A stretch of 64,000 bases of DNA from an uncultured Victivallales bacterium (lineage in GTDB: Bacteria > Verrucomicrobiota > Kiritimatiellia > UBA8416). The stretch lies in NCBI GenBank assembly GCA_964472315.1, contig CAYYJS010000001.1, positions 60,046-124,045 of the forward strand, written 5' to 3'. Positions within the stretch are counted from its first letter, which is position 1; each line of letters opens with the position of its first letter. Below are positions 53,493 to 61,535 of this stretch, in pieces. The position numbers and the translations under genes were made by a program. Below the pieces are notes generated by a model. The model was not told the origin of the DNA. It ran no database searches and worked only from the letters and a program-made list of their open reading frames with translations.

Positions 53493-56400
53493 CTACTCCT
53501 TCTCGCCGACCACGAAAAGCTTTCCCGCATCCGCCTGCACAGCCCGCCAATCGGCAAGCGCGTTGGCGTACCGGCGCTCCGCCTCGGCGGCCGCCTCCGT
53601 CACGTCCGTGAAGCGCGGGGCCATCCATATCTTGCCCCATGTGTCGCAGTCGCCCACGCCGACCTGCAGCATCAGGGGATAACGACCGCGCGCCACCCGC
53701 AGCATGGCGCCGTCCGGAAGGGGACGCCCCGCCAGCCAGGCGCGCGTCTCCAGACGCGAAGTCGGGTTCCACATGACCCCGCCGGGAGTCGGCAGGCGGA
53801 ACTCGACAACGCGCTCGGCGTCGAATTCGATCACGCTGAACAGGCAGGCCGTCGTATGCCACTCCCGGTGCACCACGGCGCTGACGTCGATGGCGTTCTT
53901 GCCGGCCGTGAACTGATCGTGCGTGAACCATTCGTCGGTCAACGCCCGCGCCGCGTACGTCTTGCCGGCGAGCGCGAGTTCCCGGCCCGCCGTCACCACG
54001 GCGTTCGACGCTCCGCCCCATGCCGCCAGGAAGTCCTGTTCGACCGACCGCGGCGCCAGCGGACCCACCACGACCCAGTTCGTCGGCGCCGCGTCGGAAA
54101 CGAAGGCCGATACCGGCAGATTCCCCGCGCCGTCGAGAGCGGCGACGGGCGCCACCGCCGATACCCGCGGCGCGACGGGTTCGGCCGGTGTCGCGCCGCC
54201 GATGCCGTACAACCGGTTCCCCGCCGCCACGTACTGCATCTCCAACTCGAAGGCCGGATTGCCGGGCGCGGCGTCCTTGACGGCATATTCCCACACCCCG
54301 CGGAACTCGCGTCCCGGCTCGAAAACGACCGTTCGCGCGCGCGGCCCCAGATTCGCCGCGTACAGCGCGCCGCCCGCTTTCATCAGGTCTCCGCCCGCCC
54401 GCGCGCCGAGCCGCCGCTCGTCGTCCGGCGTCAGCGGCCGGCGATAGACCGGTTCGCCCGTGTCGGCGTCGAGCACGTGCAGAACCTGCGTCGTGTCGAC
54501 CGCGTACAGCAGATCGGCATCGACCAGCGGCGAACCGTCGCACGCGAAATCCAGTTGTCTGCGCCACAGCGGCTCGACCGCGATCGCCTCGCCCGCCCTG
54601 GCCGGCAGCCGGTAGGCCGCCGCGACCGATGGCGCGCCCGGTTTCGCGCTGCCGCAGTAGTACACGGTTCTCCCGGCGGCCACCGGCGATCCGGTCGCGA
54701 TGGCGGGCAGTCCCACGGCCAGCGCCCTCCCGTCCGCCGCCCGCACCGCCGCGCCCCAGCTCGTGAACAGGACCAGCCCGTCGTCCAGGCGGATGCGGGC
54801 CGGCGTCCCCGGCGTCGTTCCCTTCGGCGAAGCCAGCCGCCAGGCGACCGTCCCGTCCGCCACGTTCAGCGCCGTCAACTCGCGGCCCTGTACGACCGCC
54901 AGGTCCTCGCAAAGCATGGGCGAACTCGTCGCCGGCCCGCCGGAAGCCGGCGCGACGTCTACCCGCCACACCCGGCGCCCCCCGGCATCGAAGCAAGCCA
55001 CCGTGCCGCCGGCGGCCGCATATACGCGATCGCCACACACCGCGGGCGTTGGCCCGGCGGCGCTGGAGACCTTCGCCGGCAGGTCGCCCGTCCACGACAC
55101 CTGCCCCTCCTGCACGCAGGCCAGACCGGCCGTGGTCTGAACATACGCCCGGCCGTTCTGCGCGGCGGGCCCCGAACACGCCTCGCCCGGCAGCGTACAG
55201 GTCCATTTCACGTTGGCCGTCCCGGACCACCGCACCGGCGGGACGGTATTCTCCGTCAGGCCGGCGCCGTCGCCGCGCCAGCCGTAGGAAGGTTGTTCGA
55301 TGCGCAGATCGTAGACGTACAGAGACCCGTACCGCAGGAAGAGACGGCCATCGCAGATGACGGGGCAGGTGTTGATCTGCCAGTCCACCTCGGCGACGCC
55401 GCGGCTCTCCGCATTCAGCGGAACGGCAAACGTGCCGGCGACCCTGAATCCCCCGGCCTCGGGACGGATCAGCGTGACCACCGGCGTCGGCGCATCGCCG
55501 CCCTGCTTGGTCAGCCACCAGGCGTAGACCATACCGTCCGCGGCCCACCAGTGGCCGGGATGATCCATGGCCGCGGGCGCGAAATGGACCTTCCTGCCCG
55601 TCGCCGCGTCAAGACAGAGCAGACCGGACGCCTCGCTTTTCACGGCGCGCGGTTTCGCTTTCAACAGCGCGACCGCGGCCTCTTTGCTCTGTTTTCCGGC
55701 TTCCAGTTCAGGCTCGTCGCCACCGAAGACGTACAGCCGACCATCCAGAATGACGCCATGGGAATAGGAGGGGACGCCGCCAGGCAATGTCCATAGCACG
55801 TCGTAGTCCGAGGCGTCCGCGTTGAGTTTGAGCATGTGCAACCGCCCCGGAGGGGAGCACAGGAGGTAGCCGTCTCCGTAGATGGGCGTCATGCCCCCCT
55901 CGCCAGGACCACTCGGGAACTCCCACAGCCGCTCGCCGGTCTCGGCGTCCAGGCAGAAGACGTAATACCACGTCTGCGCGACGAGGATCGCGCGGCCGTT
56001 GTGCATGATCAGTGCCCCGGAGGTATTGCCCTGGGAGTATCTGTCCCCCGGATTCTCCGGGGACGGCTTCCTGCCGGGAAGCATCCAGGCGACCTTGCCC
56101 GTTCCGGCGTCAAGCGCCGCGATCCCCGGCATGGCGGGATCACGGCTGCTGGGATTGAGGATGTACAGGTTCTTGTGCAGCATCGGAGATTCCGGCGCGC
56201 CCCAACCCATGTTGCCCGTCCCGGAACCGATCTCCTTCCAGGCGTTCAACGTCCACTCGGTCGCCCCGGTGTCGACGTTGACCGCATACACGGTGGAGTT
56301 CGGCATCTGACCCAGCACGAGGTTGCCGTGCTTCACCGGGGTCGACCGCGCGCCCGAGAAGCGTTTCCAGTCCGAGGGTCCCATCGGTATGGTTCGCAGC

Positions 56401-56690
56401 TCCCGGCCGTCGAGCGTGAACACATACAGCCGCGCCGGGTTGCCGCCGATGACATACACCTTGCCGTCCTGGACCAGCGGTCCCGCGAAACCGGTCCCGA
56501 CATACTTCGACCACAACGGCGCCGGCCCCCCCTCGGGCCATTCCTTGAGCAAACCCTCGCCCGCGAAATGCCCGCCTGCATTGATGCCGCGGTATCCGAC
56601 CGAGTCGCCGCCCCGTGCGCAAACGGCCGCCGCCAGCACGAGCGACGCCACTCCAGCCCACATCCGCCAAACATTCTGCCTGCACATCAT
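53493..56690 (-). CDS. Secreted protein with two PQQ/BamB-like beta-propellers and a C-terminal jelly-roll-like module
   Basis: Signal peptide; YRG..A.G...GLLKEWPEGGPAPLW, CLDAETGERLW, second propeller WRGDGAG...PPVRWSGTANVKW, NWVVVGPL. Start ATG 56690 after AGGAGG. Confidence 0.8.
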   Translation of the reverse strand: MMCRQNVWRMWAGVASLVLAAAVCARGGDSVGYRGINAGGHFAGEGLLKEWPEGGPAPLWSKYVGTGFAGPLVQDGKVYVIGGNPARLYVFTLDGRELRTIPMGPSDWKRFSGARSTPVKHGNLVLGQMPNSTVYAVNVDTGATEWTLNAWKEIGSGTGNMGWGAPESPMLHKNLYILNPSSRDPAMPGIAALDAGTGKVAWMLPGRKPSPENPGDRYSQGNTSGALIMHNGRAILVAQTWYYVFCLDAETGERLWEFPSGPGEGGMTPIYGDGYLLCSPPGRLHMLKLNADASDYDVLWTLPGGVPSYSHGVILDGRLYVFGGDEPELEAGKQSKEAAVALLKAKPRAVKSEASGLLCLDAATGRKVHFAPAAMDHPGHWWAADGMVYAWWLTKQGGDAPTPVVTLIRPEAGGFRVAGTFAVPLNAESRGVAEVDWQINTCPVICDGRLFLRYGSLYVYDLRIEQPSYGWRGDGAGLTENTVPPVRWSGTANVKWTCTLPGEACSGPAAQNGRAYVQTTAGLACVQEGQVSWTGDLPAKVSSAAGPTPAVCGDRVYAAAGGTVACFDAGGRRVWRVDVAPASGGPATSSPMLCEDLAVVQGRELTALNVADGTVAWRLASPKGTTPGTPARIRLDDGLVLFTSWGAAVRAADGRALAVGLPAIATGSPVAAGRTVYYCGSAKPGAPSVAAAYRLPARAGEAIAVEPLWRRQLDFACDGSPLVDADLLYAVDTTQVLHVLDADTGEPVYRRPLTPDDERRLGARAGGDLMKAGGALYAANLGPRARTVVFEPGREFRGVWEYAVKDAAPGNPAFELEMQYVAAGNRLYGIGGATPAEPVAPRVSAVAPVAALDGAGNLPVSAFVSDAAPTNWVVVGPLAPRSVEQDFLAAWGGASNAVVTAGRELALAGKTYAARALTDEWFTHDQFTAGKNAIDVSAVVHREWHTTACLFSVIEFDAERVVEFRLPTPGGVMWNPTSRLETRAWLAGRPLPDGAMLRVARGRYPLMLQVGVGDCDTWGKIWMAPRFTDVTEAAAEAERRYANALADWRAVQADAGKLFVVGEKE

Positions 56691-56771
56691 CGGAACGCGC
56701 CTCCTGCAACGTAAGGTAGCAGGCCGTGGAATGACCCACAACCCCTGCGCGCGGAATTCCAGCCGCGCCCG

Positions 56772-59123
56772 CTACTCTTTGATGCCCTGCGCCGAGATGC
56801 GCACGTCGATTTCCTCGCCGCCGGCGCGGCCCTGCATGCCGAGCTGGCGACCCGTGAGCGTGAGCCAGGCCGATACGCTCAGCGCCTCCGTGCCGCGTTC
56901 GACAACCTTCGCGGGCCGGAAGGTCACGCGCGGATGAACGACCACCGAACGGCCCGCCACGTCGAGGACCGCGTCCGCCTCGCAATAGGAGACCTGCACC
57001 GCGTACGGGTTGCCACGAGCGTCCTTGCGCGCGACCGACTCCTCGCGCAACGGGCCGAGTGACTTGACCGTCAACGTGACCGCCGGTTTCTCGGCGGACG
57101 CGAGCAGCTCGCCGAGGATGCGCCGGTCCTGCGCGCCGTGAGGTTGCGTTAGTTGGTCGCAGGCGATCGCGAAAGAGCCCGACGGCCCTTTCGGTCCCCA
57201 CGTCACACGGCCCGACACCGGGCGTCCGTAGAAGAAGTTGGGCCAGAAGCGCACGGGATCGGGATGCCGGAACTCGGCATCGGCCGTGATCCAGCGCGGG
57301 TTGGCCGGGCTGAATGCGTAGGCCGCGCCGTCGGGAACGCCGAGGGCCTCTCCGCTACGCCGGGCGGCGCGCTCGCAGGTCAGCCGGCCGCCGTCGATCG
57401 TGGTGTCGACCTTGGCGGGCGGTGTCGGTTTGGACAGGTCCAGCACGAGGTACCAGCCGTCCATGATCCCGCCGCCGAATTGCGGCTGCATGGCCCTGAC
57501 GGTCGGCGTGGGCGTGACGAGACCATAGCTCTCGCCGTCCCTGCCCGCGCCGCACAGGAAGACCGCCCGGCCCTTGCCGCCGGGAGATCCGGTCGCAATC
57601 CCCCAGGCGCACCCGTCGCCCACCTGGGCCATCCCGGCGCCGGGCACGGTCGAGGAAAATCGCACCCCGGTCAGGTCAGGGGTCAGCATGGCCACATAGG
57701 GCCCGCCCGGCTCGCTTGTCGAAAGCCGGTTGGCGGTCTGCCGCAGGCCCCAGGCGCTGCCGCCCGCAAAACAGGTCGAACCGTCGTCCGCCTCGCCGGT
57801 GCGCTCGATGCTCGCCCCGTTGGCCTTGCGGCCCCACTGCGAGCACCACAGGGTCCAGCCCACCGCCTGGTAGTTCTCCGGCTCGATGCGCATCAGGTAG
57901 GCGAAGCTGGTCGCCCCGGCCCCGGCTGTCGTCAGACCGCAGCCGTGGCCGATGCGACGATAAATGTCGGTCGGCTGACAATGCCCCACCGAATTCCCGC
58001 CGTCGGACCACAGGATCGCGATGATGTTGCCGTCGCGGTCATGGCTGACCCGCCGCACGGCCGTGTCGGAGACCAGGCGCAGGGAGTCGAGTCCCACGAA
58101 GGGGCCGCCCCAGTCCATGAGCTGATAGCGCAACCGGCCGTCGGGATGCTTGATATTGAAGATGGGGCAACGCCACGGCTCGCGGCCGGTGCCCCAATTG
58201 TGTTCCCCGCCGTACACGATCTCGCCGTCGAGCGGGCTGACCGAATTGCGGTCGCCCAGTCCGCCCTCGACCGACACGGCGTTGAGGAGCTTACCCTTCG
58301 CGTCGAACGTGCGCAGGTCGGCCAGACTGGCGACCAGCGTCCCGTCGCGCCGCAGGGTCAGGCGTGGGGCGTAGGCCGGGCCGTTCACGACCCGCACCCA
58401 TTCCACGCGCGACAGATCGGACGAGAGGCAGGCGACAAACGTGCTCTCGCACGGGGCGTTCTTGATTCCCGCCACCGCCACCGCCACCGAAGTCGCGTCC
58501 GCGGCCAGGCGCGCCGTGCCGGCCCCGGCTCGTCCGGCGATATAGACGGCACCGTCGCCCGCGACCGCACAGGCCGTGATCGCGCCGCCGCCCCACCCGA
58601 GACGCGCGGCCGTCGCGATACGCTCCAGTTTCGGGTCCAGCGCGACCACGAACCCGGTCACGCCGTCGTCGGTGTATCCGACCGCTTCGTAACGTGTCTG
58701 ACCGGTCTGGTCGGCCAGCGGCTGCTTCGTCGTGCGGTCCACCTGCGGCCGGGGAACGTACGCGGGCGGCCGGACTCCGTCCGGCCCCAGAACCTTCGCG
58801 CCCGCGGGCAGCTCGAAATCCCCGCCGATGCCGTTGCCGACCAGCACGAGAGCGCCATCCGGCCGGAATCCGCCGCCGACAAGCCACTCGTTGCCCTTGC
58901 CGCCGAGGAACCCGGCCGTCACGACCTCGGCCCGGTCCGCGCGGTCGGGCCAGTACAACAGCGGCCCGCCATCTTTGGCTTTCTGCGTACGCTGCTGACC
59001 GGGCGGCACCACCGGCTCCGTCGCCGTCGGCGCGTCACCGCCGGCCGCGCCGGCCGCGGCCGCCGACAGCGCCAGCCCGAAACAGACCTGGATTCCTACC
59101 CGTCGGCAGTCGCATCTCTTCAT
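56772..59123 (-). CDS. Secreted hypothetical protein, predicted beta-propeller-like; paralog copy 2
   Basis: Near-identical to 33554..35914 over the mature region, with the same C-terminus SAQGIKE; start placed at ATG 59123. Confidence 0.75.
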   Translation of the reverse strand: MKRCDCRRVGIQVCFGLALSAAAAGAAGGDAPTATEPVVPPGQQRTQKAKDGGPLLYWPDRADRAEVVTAGFLGGKGNEWLVGGGFRPDGALVLVGNGIGGDFELPAGAKVLGPDGVRPPAYVPRPQVDRTTKQPLADQTGQTRYEAVGYTDDGVTGFVVALDPKLERIATAARLGWGGGAITACAVAGDGAVYIAGRAGAGTARLAADATSVAVAVAGIKNAPCESTFVACLSSDLSRVEWVRVVNGPAYAPRLTLRRDGTLVASLADLRTFDAKGKLLNAVSVEGGLGDRNSVSPLDGEIVYGGEHNWGTGREPWRCPIFNIKHPDGRLRYQLMDWGGPFVGLDSLRLVSDTAVRRVSHDRDGNIIAILWSDGGNSVGHCQPTDIYRRIGHGCGLTTAGAGATSFAYLMRIEPENYQAVGWTLWCSQWGRKANGASIERTGEADDGSTCFAGGSAWGLRQTANRLSTSEPGGPYVAMLTPDLTGVRFSSTVPGAGMAQVGDGCAWGIATGSPGGKGRAVFLCGAGRDGESYGLVTPTPTVRAMQPQFGGGIMDGWYLVLDLSKPTPPAKVDTTIDGGRLTCERAARRSGEALGVPDGAAYAFSPANPRWITADAEFRHPDPVRFWPNFFYGRPVSGRVTWGPKGPSGSFAIACDQLTQPHGAQDRRILGELLASAEKPAVTLTVKSLGPLREESVARKDARGNPYAVQVSYCEADAVLDVAGRSVVVHPRVTFRPAKVVERGTEALSVSAWLTLTGRQLGMQGRAGGEEIDVRISAQGIKE

Positions 59124-59228
59124 AGCGCTCTCGCTCCCATATCCCTGGTTTTCCGAACTTGATACTAGCAGCCTGTCAGTTGTCACACCATGTCCACAAA
59201 CCCGGTAATCGATCTGTCATGCCCCGCT

Positions 59229-61409
59229 TTACGAGGCCTCCTTCTCCATCCGCAGCCAGCGGGCGCCGTGGGCGGGCAGGTCCACCTGACCGAAGACGGG
59301 CTCGCCGGTCAGCGCATCCCGCGCGGCGACATAGCGGAACGCCTTCGTGTCGAGGCCGACGGACCGCGCCGGGCCATCGTTGATCAGGAAGTAGTGATCC
59401 GCCGCCGGCGCCGCCAGGCGATACACAAGGGCGCCTTCGCAGGCGAACGGCGGGCGCCGCCCGCCGAGGGCGGTATGCGTCAGCAACTCCTCCATGCGGA
59501 CATGGCCCGGTTTGAGACACGACAGCGAGGCGTTTGCGCCAAGCACCACCGCCGTCCCCGCGCCGAGACGACGCTCCGTGATGGCGGGCGCGCCGTTGTC
59601 GTAGCTCGCGACGACGCGCGCCGTCGTGGGGGTCATCACGGCCGTGAACCCGTCGAGCGGCAGGTCGCCGATGCGAGACGGCACATTGTTGCAGTAGCCG
59701 TACTCGTGCAGAACCGCCCCGAAAAGGCGTTCGAAGGCGCTTCCCTCCCGCGTGTCCACCAGGTGTGCGCGCTGGTCGAGCCAGGCGCCGGGCATGTCCA
59801 TTACCACACGTCCGCCGGCCTTCACGTACGCCGTGAGCAGCTCGACCAGGCGGTCCGGCAGACACATCACGGCCGGCAGGTAGATGGACGCATACCGCAG
59901 GGCCAGCCCCTTCTCCAGTTGCCGCGACGTGACGTATTCCCACGGCACGTTGGCGTCGAGCAAGGCGCGCGACGCGCCGATCCGCGCATTCGTCGGTTCC
60001 CGCCGGTAGCGGTCGCGGCCTGAAATCGCGAGCGCCGCCCACATGGCGTCGTTCTCCCAGTCCTGGAACAGGCCGACCAGCGGCTCCTTGCGTGCCGCCC
60101 ACAGTTCACGGCGGAAACGACACATGGCCTTGCCGATCTCGCCCACCCGTCGCGCGCGCGGGGTCACGTCGTTGTTGCGGTCGCACAGCGCGTACTCGCC
60201 CGCTTCCCAGCTTGCCTCGCGCGGATTCCAGCACCACAACCCGAACCCCTTGAAGCCCGCGCCCAGATACGTGTAGAGGAGCTGCGTCATGGTGTCGGCC
60301 GTGAACGTGAAGGCGGGCTGCAGCGGCATGGCATCCGGCACGAACGGCACCTTGCCGCCACCCGACCACCACTGCGGTCCGCCCGACGATTCGATGGGCG
60401 CCGACCAGATCCCCTTGGCCCAGTCGACGCAGGCCGACGCCTGCATGTACGTCGGCCGCACAAACTCGAAGCCGACTTCCTCGAGATGCCAGCCGGGGTG
60501 CATCGAGGGATAGTAGCATCCGCCCTCGGCCATCGCTTCGGCGTAGCCCTCCATGTCGATCGCCGACGAGGCGTGCGGCAGGAAGATCGACGACTCCCCG
60601 CCCGCGCGCAGGGGTTCGTCGGGATCGTCCTCCATGGCGCGTTTCACGGCGGCGCGCACCCGGTCCAGGCGCATGTCCGAGCGGAACCGCATGATGTCGC
60701 GCAGATGCCGGAACTCCCGCGACGGGAAACGGGACACGCCGGCCGCGACATCCTCCCATGTCCGCCATTCGGTTCCGGCGCGGTGGCTGCTGCTCGCGCA
60801 GTTCCACGCATGCTGGAGATTCGCCACCTCGCCGTACTGCGCCCGCAGCCACTCGATGAAGTGGGGAATGTCACGCTCCCGCAGCACGGCGCCCTTGGCC
60901 ACGATCGACGTGCCCGGCACCGCGGTCGGGTCAGGGTCCGGCTCGCCCGGCAGAAACGGATTACCCGCCGTGACATCCGCCTCCCGCGCCCGATCCTGCC
61001 GGTCGATCCGCCGCCGCATGACCTGTTCCTGGTGCGCCCGCATTCGCGGATTCGCCATGGCCCGCTCGATGTCGAGGTCCTCCGGCATGCCCAGCCGGGC
61101 GAGAAGCTCCGGCGTGACATCCTCCCAGCCGCCCTCCGCGTACCACCAGGGAATCAGCCCCTCGTCCAACGCCAGGCGCTGCACGTCCGCCAGAGACGTG
61201 CCGGGGCATGTCAGGATGTTCTTGAGACAGGTGAACCCCAGATCCTTCATGGCGCGAAAGTGACGCCGGATGTCCTCCATCGTCATCTCGGGCCACTGGA
61301 TGAACACACACCCGATCGGCACCGGCGCCAGCCGTCGCAGCTTCCGCTGCATCGGCGTTTCGTTCATGCCGTTGTAAAGCTCCACCATATGGCCATCGGT
61401 CAGCGTCAT
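59229..61409 (-). CDS. GH42-like glycoside hydrolase (beta-galactosidase-like with trimerisation domain)
   Basis: EDIRRHFRAMKDLGF, FIEWLRAQYGEVANLQHAW, PIESSGG, EAGEYAL, LTAYVKAGGRVV trimerisation domain; no signal peptide. Confidence 0.7.
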   Translation of the reverse strand: MTLTDGHMVELYNGMNETPMQRKLRRLAPVPIGCVFIQWPEMTMEDIRRHFRAMKDLGFTCLKNILTCPGTSLADVQRLALDEGLIPWWYAEGGWEDVTPELLARLGMPEDLDIERAMANPRMRAHQEQVMRRRIDRQDRAREADVTAGNPFLPGEPDPDPTAVPGTSIVAKGAVLRERDIPHFIEWLRAQYGEVANLQHAWNCASSSHRAGTEWRTWEDVAAGVSRFPSREFRHLRDIMRFRSDMRLDRVRAAVKRAMEDDPDEPLRAGGESSIFLPHASSAIDMEGYAEAMAEGGCYYPSMHPGWHLEEVGFEFVRPTYMQASACVDWAKGIWSAPIESSGGPQWWSGGGKVPFVPDAMPLQPAFTFTADTMTQLLYTYLGAGFKGFGLWCWNPREASWEAGEYALCDRNNDVTPRARRVGEIGKAMCRFRRELWAARKEPLVGLFQDWENDAMWAALAISGRDRYRREPTNARIGASRALLDANVPWEYVTSRQLEKGLALRYASIYLPAVMCLPDRLVELLTAYVKAGGRVVMDMPGAWLDQRAHLVDTREGSAFERLFGAVLHEYGYCNNVPSRIGDLPLDGFTAVMTPTTARVVASYDNGAPAITERRLGAGTAVVLGANASLSCLKPGHVRMEELLTHTALGGRRPPFACEGALVYRLAAPAADHYFLINDGPARSVGLDTKAFRYVAARDALTGEPVFGQVDLPAHGARWLRMEKEAS

Positions 61410-61488
61410 GCTCTCATCTCCTCTTGCGCGATCGCGCGTCCGGCGCGGGTGCTACGCTTCCGCACTCGTCTTCGTCGATTCAGAACAA

Positions 61489-61535
61489 GTCGGACATTCC
61501 TGTCCGACCGGGTCAGGCCGGAATGCCTGACCTAC
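61489..61535. repeat. Two head-to-head REP-like hairpins (GTAG-type) overlapping the GH94 stop codon
   Basis: GTCGGACA-TTCC-TGTCCGAC (61489-61508) and GGTCAGGC-CGGAAT-GCCTGACC-TAC (61511-61535). Confidence 0.7.

Noticed and set aside
45147-55796. Very long ORFs 45147..48245 (+), 48612..51866 (+), 53259..55796 (+) and 52555..55548 (-)
   Set aside because: Arg/Ala/Gly-rich, motif-free shadow or alternate frames of well-supported genes; expected in high-GC DNA.
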